In this document: in pieces, positions 29,122 through 39,412 of the stretch
How positions within the stretch are numbered: position 1 is the first letter of the stretch
Layout of the letters: each line of letters opens with the position of its first letter
Assembly: GCA_036655755.1 (NCBI GenBank)
Contig: JAVVPN010000005.1
Span: 1-62,745, forward strand
DNA: 62,745 bases
Origin: Bacteroidales bacterium
GTDB taxonomy: Bacteria; Bacteroidota; Bacteroidia; Bacteroidales; JAUNSR01
Direction of reading: 5' to 3'
Notes under the pieces: generated by a model
What the model saw: the letters and a program-made list of their open reading frames with translations, nothing else
Told to the model about the DNA's origin: nothing
Database searches by the model: none
Position numbers and translations under genes: made by a program

Positions 29122-31410
29122 TTAAATCAGTGTAAATCTCACTGATTTCAAATCGCGGCTATTCGGCCCGATCATTACATCAAACGTTCCGGGTTCACAA
29201 ACGAACTCCAGATCTGAATTATAAAATTTGAGTAATTCCGGCGTAATCGTAAAGGTGACTTCTTTGCTTTCTCCGGCTTTAAGAAATATCTTCTCAAACC
29301 CTTTTAGTTCTTTTACCGGACGCGTAACACTTCCTACCAAATCCCTGATATACAACTGTACGACTTCCGCTCCATCCCGTTTTCCTACATTCGAGACACG
29401 AATGGTAGCGATAATTTCGCCCGTTTCATTCATACGGTCGGCACTCAAAGAAAGATCTTTATATTCAAAATCAGTATAGCTCAAACCATATCCGAATGGA
29501 TAAAGCGGCTCATTTGTAACATCCAGATAATTACTACGGAATTTTTCAAACCATTTCCCGTCGCCTTGCGGACGCCCTGTATTTTTCGTACTATAGTGAA
29601 GAGGTAACTGCCCTACATTCTGCGGGAAAGTCGTTGTTAGTTTACCACTCGGATTTACATCACCGAACAACACGTCGCCAATAGCATATGCGGCTTCACT
29701 TCCTCCAAACCAAACATTCAGAATAGCCGGCACATTCTTATTTTCCCAATTCAACACTACCGGACGTCCTGTAAAGAGAACAAGAACTACCGGCTTTCCT
29801 GTTTTCAAAAGTTCTTTCAATAAAGTACGCTGCACATCCGGCATCTCTAAGTCTGTACGGCAACTACTCTCTCCGCTCATTTCGGATGACTCGCCCAAGG
29901 CTGCGACGATAACATCGGCTTTCGCCGCTACCTGCAACGCTTCGCTCAAGAGTTGTTTATCAGTCCGGTCATCACGATTAAGTGACCGGCCAAACATGGT
30001 AGCTCGCTCCTCATACGAAGCATCACTTATCAGATTACTTCCTTTCGCATAAACGACTTGGGCTTTATCGCCCACTACCTCTTTCAATCCCTCTGTCAAA
30101 GAAGGAATCCGGTCAAGCTGTACAGCCACACTCCAGGTTCCGGCCATATTCGCGCCCGTATTTGCCAAAGGACCGATTACTGCGATTGTTCCTTTCTTAG
30201 ACAACGGTAAAAGGTCGTTTTCATTTTTAAGAAGCACGAAACTCTCAGAAGCTGTTTTTCGGGCTATAGCACGATGTTCGGTTGTATAAATATCAGTTGC
30301 GGGACGCAATGTATCGCAATATTTATACGGATCCTGGAATAAGCCCAATTTATATTTTGCTTCCAATATTCTGCGGCAAGCCTTATCAATCGTTTCCTGG
30401 GAAATTTTCTTTTCAGCAAGCGATTCTTTTATAGTTGTCAGATAGCCTTCACTTACCATATCCATATCTGTACCAGCGTCCAATGCCCGTGCCGAAACCT
30501 GTTTCAAATCACCGATCCCATGTTCGATCATCTCGGAAATACCGGTAAAGTCGCTCACTACAAACCCTTCAAACTTCCAATCATCCCGTAACAAATCAGA
30601 TAGCAACCATTTATTCGCAGTTGCAGGCACACCGTCGATTTCATTAAAAGACGCCATCATACTTGCGGCTCCGGCCTCAACAGCAGCTTTATATGGAGGC
30701 AGATACTCATTATACATGCGAATACGGCTCATGTCAACCGTATTATAATCACGTCCGGCATCCGGAGCTCCGTAAAGAGCAAAATGCTTGGCACATGACA
30801 AAATGCGTTGCGGTTGCGAAAGATCTGCTCCCTGATATCCAGCTACCATTGCTTTTGCAATCTGCGATCCCAAGAAAGCATCTTCGCCGTTGCCTTCTGA
30901 AATACGCCCCCAACGGGCATCCCTGCATACATCAAGCATCGGACTAAAAGTCCAGCAAATACCATCGGCACTCGCTTCTTTTGCCGCTATCCGGGCCGAT
31001 TCCTCTATCGCTTTCATATCCCAACTACACGACAGCCCCAATGGAATCGGAAAAACAGTTTCATATCCGTGAATCACGTCCATCCCAAATATGAGCGGAA
31101 TACCCAATCGGCTCTCCTCAACTGCAAGGCGTTGCACTTCTCTGATCTTGTCTACACCTTTCAGATTAAACAATCCTCCTACCTCACCACGACTGATTTT
31201 AGCCGCAACATCACTACTTTTTGCCTCACCGGTAGTAATACTCCCGGTAACGGGCAAATTCAATTGTCCGATCTTTTCTTCCAGCGTCATTTCTGACATC
31301 AATTTATCAATGTAGCGATCCATTTCGTTTCCGGAAGATTTTTTTCCGCCACAACCAACAACAGATAATGCGGAAAGACCTAACAATATATGATAAAACT
31401 TATACTTCAT
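29122..31410 (-). CDS. bglX: GH3 beta-glucosidase (BglX-like) lipoprotein
   Basis: Lipobox VVGC; EKIGQL, GMDVIHG, RWGRISEG, KHFA, VVSDF nucleophile, and an Fn3-like C-terminus. Confidence 0.93.
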   Translation of the reverse strand: MKYKFYHILLGLSALSVVGCGGKKSSGNEMDRYIDKLMSEMTLEEKIGQLNLPVTGSITTGEAKSSDVAAKISRGEVGGLFNLKGVDKIREVQRLAVEESRLGIPLIFGMDVIHGYETVFPIPLGLSCSWDMKAIEESARIAAKEASADGICWTFSPMLDVCRDARWGRISEGNGEDAFLGSQIAKAMVAGYQGADLSQPQRILSCAKHFALYGAPDAGRDYNTVDMSRIRMYNEYLPPYKAAVEAGAASMMASFNEIDGVPATANKWLLSDLLRDDWKFEGFVVSDFTGISEMIEHGIGDLKQVSARALDAGTDMDMVSEGYLTTIKESLAEKKISQETIDKACRRILEAKYKLGLFQDPYKYCDTLRPATDIYTTEHRAIARKTASESFVLLKNENDLLPLSKKGTIAVIGPLANTGANMAGTWSVAVQLDRIPSLTEGLKEVVGDKAQVVYAKGSNLISDASYEERATMFGRSLNRDDRTDKQLLSEALQVAAKADVIVAALGESSEMSGESSCRTDLEMPDVQRTLLKELLKTGKPVVLVLFTGRPVVLNWENKNVPAILNVWFGGSEAAYAIGDVLFGDVNPSGKLTTTFPQNVGQLPLHYSTKNTGRPQGDGKWFEKFRSNYLDVTNEPLYPFGYGLSYTDFEYKDLSLSADRMNETGEIIATIRVSNVGKRDGAEVVQLYIRDLVGSVTRPVKELKGFEKIFLKAGESKEVTFTITPELLKFYNSDLEFVCEPGTFDVMIGPNSRDLKSVRFTLI

Positions 31411-31524
31411 TTATATAATCTATTTTTAACATCAAGGTATAAATGCGCCATTTATACACCGCATGTTGGGTATCTCAACTTTAGGTGAGTTATGGCGATT
31501 TCATTTATATCTAATTTATTTGAA

Positions 31525-33036
31525 TCAATAATTGGGATTTTGCACCAATACACCATTCGATTTATCGATTTCATCTTGTGGTAATGGCAGGTAGCGATGT
31601 TTATCCTGATAATTCGTTTTACCCGCAGCATGCAATACCTCTTTAGCAATGCCCCATCTTACCAAATCATAAAAACGATCAAACTCCAAAGCAAGCTCGA
31701 TACGACGCTCATGCTGAATAGCCTTACGCAACGCCACCTGATCAGTCGTTGTTATTTCCGGTAAAATTGAGCTGTCATTACCCCGGGCTCGAGCACGCAC
31801 TTGTTCCAGTGCTGCAAGCGCTTCGGTTGTACGCCCTAATTCATTCGCAGCTTCGGCAAACATCAATAAAACGTCTGAATAGCGGATCAACCGGATGTTT
31901 ACCCAAAAACAACTATTTGTAAATGTTGAACGTAAAGTAGGATTCCCATAAGCTTTCTTATTAAAATATCCTCCCATACCATCCGAAATAAAGGATTCGC
32001 CGTATGGTTTATTGATTAACGGCTCTTCGTCTTTCGATCGATTGAAGTATAATAACGTAGCATCCTTACGCGGATCGCCGGGTTCAAAAGCTTTTCCGAT
32101 CTCTACGGTTGCCATATTCCAGCCCCATCCAAGATTAGATGATCCAGAACCTCTTACACCCTGCACCTGGCAGAACTGACTGCCGATGGAGGTACTTGCC
32201 GGTAACGAAGCGGTCGAAGCACATTGTAGCTCAAAAATCGACTCCCCACAGTTTTCCCCCTCTTCGGTAAATACTTTATCAAACGGGATATCCAGATTAT
32301 ATAAGCCCGACTGAATCACTTCATTCGATGCTTCCAGTAATTTACCCCAGTCGTTCCGCATCATATAGGTACGGGCATGTAGCGATCTGGCTGCTCCCCA
32401 TGTCAAACGCCCTACATAAGTCGACTCCCATTGTTCTGGCAATAATTTTTCCGCTTCCGACAAATCGGCATCGATCTGCTCATAGATTTTTTCCACCGTA
32501 GTTTTCGGCAAGTTCACTTCGGATGCATCATTTACTTTGAATGTAACCAATGGAACTTCCCCGAACGCTCTCACCAAATTAAAATAAGCGTACGCGCGGA
32601 AAAAATATGCTTCTCCTTTATTTACCAACGAAGCGTTATCTGTCAGATTTCCACTTTCCACGGTAGTTATCACCGAATTACATTGATAAATAATCGTAAA
32701 GCATTGTTTCCAGTAAGCTTTTACCGTTCCGTTATTATTTGTATAAACGAAATTATCGAACATCTCTGCCTGATCGGCCCCGTCGCCGGCAGAACTTCCT
32801 TTCTCATTGTCTTCCGACCGGAAGTTATGGATGGCAAATGCAGGGATACCGGCGGTAATATTATAACTACGCATCAAAGAATAGATACTAAATACCTGAC
32901 CATCCAGGCTACCACCCGGAGCATCATCCTCTGTAAATTCTCCCAGCGGACTGCGATCAAGGAAATCACTACATCCGGTAAATGTCATTGAGGCTGCACC
33001 CAATGAAAACAATAAAATATATTTTGACAAATTCAT
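31525..33036 (-). CDS. susD: RagB/SusD family lipoprotein
   Basis: Lipobox FTGC; GEAYFFRAYAYFNLVRAFGEVP, RLIRYSDVLLMFAEA, ERRIELALEFDRFYDLVRWG, QNPNY. Confidence 0.95.
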   Translation of the reverse strand: MNLSKYILLFSLGAASMTFTGCSDFLDRSPLGEFTEDDAPGGSLDGQVFSIYSLMRSYNITAGIPAFAIHNFRSEDNEKGSSAGDGADQAEMFDNFVYTNNNGTVKAYWKQCFTIIYQCNSVITTVESGNLTDNASLVNKGEAYFFRAYAYFNLVRAFGEVPLVTFKVNDASEVNLPKTTVEKIYEQIDADLSEAEKLLPEQWESTYVGRLTWGAARSLHARTYMMRNDWGKLLEASNEVIQSGLYNLDIPFDKVFTEEGENCGESIFELQCASTASLPASTSIGSQFCQVQGVRGSGSSNLGWGWNMATVEIGKAFEPGDPRKDATLLYFNRSKDEEPLINKPYGESFISDGMGGYFNKKAYGNPTLRSTFTNSCFWVNIRLIRYSDVLLMFAEAANELGRTTEALAALEQVRARARGNDSSILPEITTTDQVALRKAIQHERRIELALEFDRFYDLVRWGIAKEVLHAAGKTNYQDKHRYLPLPQDEIDKSNGVLVQNPNY

Positions 33037-33055
33037 GATAGTATACAATTAAGAT

Positions 33056-36000
33056 TTAGAATGTTAGATTGAATCCGAAAGTATAAATAGCCGGCATCGG
33101 ATAACTTCCGCCATCACAACCGAACGCAGTTGCCGTACCACCCAGTTCGGGCGTATAACCGGTATTATGTTTCCATGTCTTCAGGTTCTGCCCGTTCACA
33201 TAAAGTCTTAAAGCCTGTACACGGATTTTTTTCAACATGTTTCTATCGAAATTATATGCAAGCGATACATTACGCAGACGGAAGAAACTACCATCTTCAA
33301 TATAATATTCCGAATTCATATTGTTAATCGTATGTTTGGTATTCAATATCGGTTCGGTATTAGAAGTCCCCTCTCCATGCCAACGGTTCATTCGGGCTGC
33401 CATAAAGTTAAACTGCGACCAATTGTAATTATCCCATGTACGGTAAATCTGGTTACCACCTTGGCCCATCATATCGATGCCGAGTTCAAAGTTTTTATAA
33501 GACAAATTGATATTAAATCCATAAATAATATCCGGGGTCGGATTACCAATAATCGTACGATCTTTTTCCGTAATTTGTCCATCACCATCCATATCGCGGA
33601 ATTTCAAATCACCCGGAGTTACCGTTGCCAGTTTATTCACCGGAGAGTTTGCTATCTCCGCTTCATTTTGGTAAACACCTTCTACTTTATACCCGTAGAA
33701 GAAACCTATTGGGAAACCGGCCATTGTATAACACTGACTCTTATCTCCGTCAATGATTGCATAATTTTTCTGAACAAGACTTGTTACACGATTGCGAATC
33801 GTTGTCATATTAGCTCCGACTGAATATCCGAAATCGCCGATTTGATCCTTCCAACTTGCGGCAATTTCCACTCCACGGTTATTCAATCCACCCAGATTAC
33901 CTAATCCGGGAACAGTACCCGATAATCCCGGCACAGTCGCCAACAAATCCTTTGTATGCTTACTATAGAAAACAGCTTCAAGATGTAAGCGGTTACGTAA
34001 TGAATTTGCTTCGAATCCGGCCTCCCAGGCTTCCACTTTTTCCCATCGCAATGTCGGATTCGGAAGGTAAGACAACTGATATCCAGGAATAATATTGTCC
34101 CCAAATACAGCTGACGAGGAGTTTTCAAGCAATGGTTCTGCCGGATAAGCCGAACTCATATTCTGGTTACCGAGTGTACCCCATGACCCTTTCAACTTCA
34201 ACATATCCAATACACGCTGATTCCGCATAAAAGCCTCTTCGGTCATCATCCAACCCGCGCCTACTGAATAAAAATTCTGCCATTGATTACCGGTATAAGA
34301 GAATGCCGATGAACCGTCCCTGCGGAAAGACGCATTAAACAGGTAACGACTATTGTAATTATAAAGGATACGTCCCAACCCGGAAACCGTAGTACGTTCC
34401 CATTGTTTACTCGCATTAGTGGCAGTAGCCGCGTCGCCGATACTCACATACCATTTGTCCGGATTATTAGCAATAATCAACCCGTCACCTTGTCCACGTC
34501 CGGCTGTCAGACTATTAAAAGCGTTATAATAAGTTGTAAAACCAGCGGTAGCTGTCAGGTTATGACCGCCCCAGTTATTTATATAAGTTACCAGATAATC
34601 ACCCTGTACTTTTGCTTCATTTGTAAAACACTGCTCGACACTGGTTTTCTTGGTTCCCAATGTTTCTACGCTACCTTCACTTGCCGCATCATACACTTTC
34701 ATAATCGGTGTGTATTTGCGTTGTTGTTTTGAGATATAGTCCATTGAGAACATCGCTTTAAATGTGAAGTTCTCCAAAAATTTCAATTCACCGAAAATAT
34801 TACCCGATCCCCGATAAATCTGTTCGCGGATCGTATTTTTTTTCAGTTCCACATCTACCATCGGATTATTGATTTGTCCTTTCTGAAAATCGGGCAATAC
34901 CGTGTAAAGGCCAAATTCTTCATTGAATACCGGAGCTACAGGCGTAGCACGTACCGCATTCAACACCTCTTTTGCATCTGTCGGTAGTAGACGTGCACCG
35001 TTAAACTGGAATCCCAGACGGAAATTATCAGTCATCTGATAATCACTGTTCATATTTACCGTTACCTTACTAAACTTCTCATGTTTGATATTACCCTCTT
35101 CAGATGCGTATCCCACTCCCATGTAGAAGCTATGCTTATCGGTAGCACCTGTCAGGCTCACATTATTATTGGTGATAAAGCCATTCTGAAAAATCTGATC
35201 CTGCCAGTCTGTATCGGCATTCCAGGCCGAGAAATCAAACGGAGCAACACCTTGATTAGTAAGCTGCTCATTATAAAGCTCTTTAAATTGAGCAGCATTT
35301 ACCATATCGATTTTATCCGATACATGTTTCCATCCAAAAGAAGAGTTCAGGTTTATCATCGTCTGTCCCTCTTTCGCCTTCTTTGTAGTAACGATAATTA
35401 CCCCGTTGGCCCCGCGTACTCCAAAAATAGCCAACGAAGAGGGGTCTTTAAGGATTTCCATGGATTCGATATCCGATGGGTTGAGGAAGTTAATATTATC
35501 ATTAAACAACCCGTCAACAATATAAAGCGGTGTATATCCATTGATTGAGTTCGTTCCACGAATACGAATTTCGGGGTCTGCACCTGCTCGTCCTGAGTTT
35601 ACCACCTGTACCCCCGCAACTTTACCCTGCAGTGACGCCAACGGGTTAGACGATGGTTTATTGGCGATATCCGCTCCTTTTACATTTGATATAGAACCGG
35701 TCAAATCACGTTTCTTCGCACTCCCATATCCGATTACTACCGTTTCGGATAATAATTGCGAGTCATCCTGCATGGTTACATTAATCACATTCTTGTCGCC
35801 AACCGTAACCGATGTCTTTGCCATTCCCACATAAGAAAATTCAAGTGTGGCACCAGGCGATGCCTGAAGTGCATAATTACCATCGATGTCTGTCACAGTA
35901 CCCGTTGTAGTACCGCTTATCATCACACTAACTCCGATAAGAGGCTCTTTTTTAGTGTCCGTTACATGTCCGGTAATGTGTTTGACTTGCCCGGATACCG

Positions 36001-36091
36001 ATGCGACAGCAAGAAGAATGCTGCAAACCGTAAATAGAATCCGTCTCACAAAAGAGAGGCTCTTTTGTTGCTTTTCTGGGTGTTTTTCCAT
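33056..36091 (-). CDS. susC: SusC/RagA TonB-dependent transporter
   Basis: VVIGYG..KKRDLTGS, PLYIVDG, LKDPSSLAIFGVRGANGVIIVTTK, YPMPAIYTFGFNLTF. Confidence 0.97.
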   Translation of the reverse strand: MEKHPEKQQKSLSFVRRILFTVCSILLAVASVSGQVKHITGHVTDTKKEPLIGVSVMISGTTTGTVTDIDGNYALQASPGATLEFSYVGMAKTSVTVGDKNVINVTMQDDSQLLSETVVIGYGSAKKRDLTGSISNVKGADIANKPSSNPLASLQGKVAGVQVVNSGRAGADPEIRIRGTNSINGYTPLYIVDGLFNDNINFLNPSDIESMEILKDPSSLAIFGVRGANGVIIVTTKKAKEGQTMINLNSSFGWKHVSDKIDMVNAAQFKELYNEQLTNQGVAPFDFSAWNADTDWQDQIFQNGFITNNNVSLTGATDKHSFYMGVGYASEEGNIKHEKFSKVTVNMNSDYQMTDNFRLGFQFNGARLLPTDAKEVLNAVRATPVAPVFNEEFGLYTVLPDFQKGQINNPMVDVELKKNTIREQIYRGSGNIFGELKFLENFTFKAMFSMDYISKQQRKYTPIMKVYDAASEGSVETLGTKKTSVEQCFTNEAKVQGDYLVTYINNWGGHNLTATAGFTTYYNAFNSLTAGRGQGDGLIIANNPDKWYVSIGDAATATNASKQWERTTVSGLGRILYNYNSRYLFNASFRRDGSSAFSYTGNQWQNFYSVGAGWMMTEEAFMRNQRVLDMLKLKGSWGTLGNQNMSSAYPAEPLLENSSSAVFGDNIIPGYQLSYLPNPTLRWEKVEAWEAGFEANSLRNRLHLEAVFYSKHTKDLLATVPGLSGTVPGLGNLGGLNNRGVEIAASWKDQIGDFGYSVGANMTTIRNRVTSLVQKNYAIIDGDKSQCYTMAGFPIGFFYGYKVEGVYQNEAEIANSPVNKLATVTPGDLKFRDMDGDGQITEKDRTIIGNPTPDIIYGFNINLSYKNFELGIDMMGQGGNQIYRTWDNYNWSQFNFMAARMNRWHGEGTSNTEPILNTKHTINNMNSEYYIEDGSFFRLRNVSLAYNFDRNMLKKIRVQALRLYVNGQNLKTWKHNTGYTPELGGTATAFGCDGGSYPMPAIYTFGFNLTF

Positions 36092-36199
36092 CTCAATTTT
36101 TAGATTTAATAATTATTCTCTCAGATTGAATTTATAAATTCTCTATTCCCGGGAAGCATAATGTAAAATATTCGGAAAAGAGATTATTCATATCCGGAA

Positions 36200-36207
36200 C
36201 AAATATA
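36200..36207 (-). promoter_or_regulatory. Candidate -7 element for susC-susD-GH3
   Basis: TATATTTG on the minus strand, about 110 nt upstream of susC. Confidence 0.45.
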
Positions 36208-36342
36208 AACCCGCACATACACCAGTCGAAACAAATGGGTTCATTCCCACTACACCGCACCGTTTTTTTCTAAAACCCCACATGCACGATTACTACTCAA
36301 ACAAACATATGTATCTATATAACAACACATTAAGCAAACACA

Positions 36343-36936
36343 CTATTCAATACAAACGAAATATTCATTCAGATTCTGGGCGGAAGGAATATCGAGTTTT
36401 TTACGGATCCGGTAGCGGTTATTTTCAACAGCCCGTACAGATATACACATAAGGGAAGCGATATCTTTAGTATCCATATTTAATTTAAGGCAAGCACATA
36501 ATCGAAGGTCATTATTGGTAAGCTGAGGATGCATCTCTTTTAACTTCTTAAAGAAACCTGTATGCTTTTCCTCAAATTTCAACAGAAACATTTTCCAGTC
36601 CTCTTGCGTATCCATATTATTTTCAATCACACTGTTCATCTTATGTGAAACAGAGGTTAATGACTTATGCGCATTTTTTACACAAAACTCATCTACCATC
36701 CCCTTTAACTTCATTATCAATTCATTTTTCTGAATAATAAATGACGTTTGTGTCAACAATTCCGCATTTTTAGCCTCTATTTCATGCATCAGCTCCATAT
36801 TTCTCTTTCGAAGCGTCATCGACTCCTGTTCACGCAACTTTCGTATCAGGTCTTTTTTATAATGACGTTTTATCAAAAACCAGGTCAATACAAACAATGC
36901 CAGCAAAATACACAAATAGCAAACCATTGCGAACAC
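36343..36936 (-). CDS. C-terminal fragment: TM helix, coiled coil and LuxR-type HTH (possible GTG restart)
   Basis: HPQLTNNDLRLCACLKLNMDTKDIASLMCISVRAVENNRYRIRKKL. Confidence 0.6.
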   Translation of the reverse strand: MFAMVCYLCILLALFVLTWFLIKRHYKKDLIRKLREQESMTLRKRNMELMHEIEAKNAELLTQTSFIIQKNELIMKLKGMVDEFCVKNAHKSLTSVSHKMNSVIENNMDTQEDWKMFLLKFEEKHTGFFKKLKEMHPQLTNNDLRLCACLKLNMDTKDIASLMCISVRAVENNRYRIRKKLDIPSAQNLNEYFVCIE

Positions 36937-36942
36937 GCTCCG

Positions 36943-39174
36943 TTACCAGGGGTTCAATATGCGAAAAGTATATTTCGTCGGCTCCGAATAATTACCCATT
37001 CCGTCCGTACTTCTTATCCACAATGATTTCTCTCCCGCCGGCAATCGGTCATAACTCACCTGGTTGGCCTTAACCGGAAGACTCCATTCCGAATCTACCT
37101 CATCCAGCTTATATTGTACGAACAGATTATGAGCAAACGCTCCTTTTATCAGAAAAGAGAATGTAAGGTTATGAAACCGATATGGAATTTCAGGATGCAT
37201 TCCGGGTGCAAAACCATAAAACTCCTTCTTTTCCGATTCCATTGTAATAGCCGTCAGTTCCGGAACAGGCAATATACGCTGTTCATTCGCTGCTCTGTCC
37301 TGTGATGTATGCAGGATAAACCCTTCATCAAGACAAATCAAAGACACAGAATCATTCAGGACGGCAATATTCTCCGATTCCGTAATCAGTGATAACCCTC
37401 CCGAATTCAGTTTACGTGAATAGGTGATGCGAGCTTCATGTCCGTCATAATAAAACTTATGCACCGACGATGCCGTAATCAGCCAATTATAATCATGATG
37501 TAATGGCATGAGTTTCTTAAACCGGTCTAATGACTGAAAACAAGCATTGAGAGCCGTTTCCGGTTCAAATCTATTATGGCTCTCATCATAAGACCATACA
37601 TTCTGACTTCCTAAAAAGAAAAGACGTCCGTTTAGTTTGAATAAATTCAGATGTGTCGGCAATTCCGGGTGGCTGCGTTTATCATAATAAGACAGATAGC
37701 GAAAAGAGAGAAAGTCATTCTCAAACCGGGCCTTATATACTCCGCCACTAAAAGTACTCATCCACAGATTATCCATGTGGTCCATTTCAATATATGCTAC
37801 AGGTTCTTTGATTTGCTGCATCATATATTTTCTCCCGGCTTTCTTATCGATCACCCATATATTCTTATATGTACTGACAATTTGCAATTCACGCCCCTTT
37901 ATTTTAACGGGCAATACCCTGAATACACCGGTATTGAATACATACGGTTCTCTCACTTCCCCCTTCCTGTCAATCTCAATAAGACCCCGGTTATGCCCAA
38001 CCAACAACCGGCCATCCTCTTCACGAATCGACCAAACCTGTCCCTGCGTACCTTCTATTAATTTCAAATTTGAGAATGCGGCATAATCATTCATCCGCGC
38101 CCGGGGAATTGAATATACACCCTGATTCGTTCCTATATAGAGTTGTTCGTTCCAAAAAACAGCATCATAAACAGCCCCCGCATCGCCACGCGTAGAGCGG
38201 AAGTAGCTCATTCCCGGATCATATCGCATATAAGCCAGCCCCCGGTCCATCGCCATCCAGATATTAGAGTCGGCATCCTCAAACAAAGAAAGCACTGTAT
38301 TGTTTTTCAGGTAATTTTTAAAAGAATAATGTTGCAGAATAGTGCCGTCATGGTCTACCTCATACACTCCGTCAATCAAGGTTCCCAGATAATATATATT
38401 ACGCGAAGCAGAATATACCGCGCAGTTAAGTTCTTTACCCTGCAATTCCTGCGAAAGCATCCGGTTCCATTCTCGATAATTTCCATTTTCATAAATCTGT
38501 AAGTTACCATTCGAGGCTCCAATCAGATAACCTCCTGCATGATAAGGCAAAATCACCCGAACCACGTCTTTGGAAAACCGCTCACTTCCCGGAAGCTGTA
38601 CAAGCGTGGTTCCCTCTACCCGGTAAATGGATCCGAACGTTTCCTGTACCAGATATTCATCACCCACTTTCAATAGAAAAAGGAATCCGTTTCCGGGCGT
38701 TAATGGTTCAACACGCTCGTAATCATACGCATATATATTCTTAAATGTCTGAAAATACACGTATTGTTCTGATACCCATACTTTCCAGAAATTTTCATTC
38801 TCCAACGACCCGTTTTTCAATAAGCCGGTAAGCGACTGATAGTTTAATTTCCCGAATGAATCACGCTTCCATACTCCAAACTCCTCAAAACCACCCGTAA
38901 AGATAACATCGTGAGAAGCGGCGGCTACAGCCCGGATAAGTGGTGAATGTGGCAAATTATAGTTTTGCCACCTCATCCCGTCGAATTCGATCAACCCCAG
39001 GTCATTTGCAAAATACATACATCCTTTTTCATCTTGCGCTACCGCCCAGTTCTTATTGGCAGCTTTATAGCGATCTTTTGAGATGTTGATAATATAAGGT
39101 CGTTGATTAGCGTAAAGTGAAATTGTGTTGAGTAAAAATAAGCCGAATAAAATAGTTTTAATGTGCAAATTCAT
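36943..39174 (-). CDS. N-terminal fragment: periplasmic two-component-regulator propeller / Y_Y_Y sensor
   Basis: Signal-like N-terminus; NKNWAVAQ..GCMYFAND.GLIEFDG; TVLSLFED..SNIW; VQYKLDEVDSEWS. Confidence 0.7.
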   Translation of the reverse strand: MNLHIKTILFGLFLLNTISLYANQRPYIINISKDRYKAANKNWAVAQDEKGCMYFANDLGLIEFDGMRWQNYNLPHSPLIRAVAAASHDVIFTGGFEEFGVWKRDSFGKLNYQSLTGLLKNGSLENENFWKVWVSEQYVYFQTFKNIYAYDYERVEPLTPGNGFLFLLKVGDEYLVQETFGSIYRVEGTTLVQLPGSERFSKDVVRVILPYHAGGYLIGASNGNLQIYENGNYREWNRMLSQELQGKELNCAVYSASRNIYYLGTLIDGVYEVDHDGTILQHYSFKNYLKNNTVLSLFEDADSNIWMAMDRGLAYMRYDPGMSYFRSTRGDAGAVYDAVFWNEQLYIGTNQGVYSIPRARMNDYAAFSNLKLIEGTQGQVWSIREEDGRLLVGHNRGLIEIDRKGEVREPYVFNTGVFRVLPVKIKGRELQIVSTYKNIWVIDKKAGRKYMMQQIKEPVAYIEMDHMDNLWMSTFSGGVYKARFENDFLSFRYLSYYDKRSHPELPTHLNLFKLNGRLFFLGSQNVWSYDESHNRFEPETALNACFQSLDRFKKLMPLHHDYNWLITASSVHKFYYDGHEARITYSRKLNSGGLSLITESENIAVLNDSVSLICLDEGFILHTSQDRAANEQRILPVPELTAITMESEKKEFYGFAPGMHPEIPYRFHNLTFSFLIKGAFAHNLFVQYKLDEVDSEWSLPVKANQVSYDRLPAGEKSLWIRSTDGMGNYSEPTKYTFRILNPW

Positions 39175-39229
39175 AGATACCAGAACAAAAAATTATTAAT
39201 CAAGGTCACATGTATCCTGTGGCATAAGG

Positions 39230-39237
39230 CAAAAATA
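39230..39237 (-). promoter_or_regulatory. Candidate -7 element for the PUL regulator
   Basis: TATTTTTG on the minus strand, 56 nt upstream of the ATG. Confidence 0.45.
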
Positions 39238-39349
39238 TCACTAAGAATACTAAAATTTAACACGAATATAAAGATAAGGTAGTATATAAAAAATTAAATA
39301 TCGAAAATAGCAGAATTCATCGTAAAAGAGATACTAAGATAAGCAGAAA

Positions 39350-39377
39350 GGACCTCTCCTTTATCCCGGAGAGGTCC
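39350..39377 (-). terminator. Terminator hairpin after the T9SS protein gene
   Basis: 10-bp stem GGACCTCTCC/GGAGAGGTCC, with TTTCTGCTT following on the minus strand. Confidence 0.65.
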
Positions 39378-39412
39378 CATCTGTGAAATATGCTTATAAA
39401 TAGATTTTTTCT

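Larger units (their letters stand above)
36343..39174 (-). pseudogene. Membrane-spanning PUL sensor-regulator (beta-propeller + Y_Y_Y + TM + LuxR HTH) interrupted by an in-frame TAA at 36943-36945
   Basis: ORFs 36943-39174 and 36343-36936 are in the same frame; the junction reads ILNPW*RSVFAMVCYL, where homologues carry P-W-Y before the TM helix. Confidence 0.8.

Noticed and set aside
36092-36342. Invertible (phase-variable) promoter upstream of susC
   Set aside because: No pair of inverted repeats flanks the promoter box and no recombinase gene is nearby.
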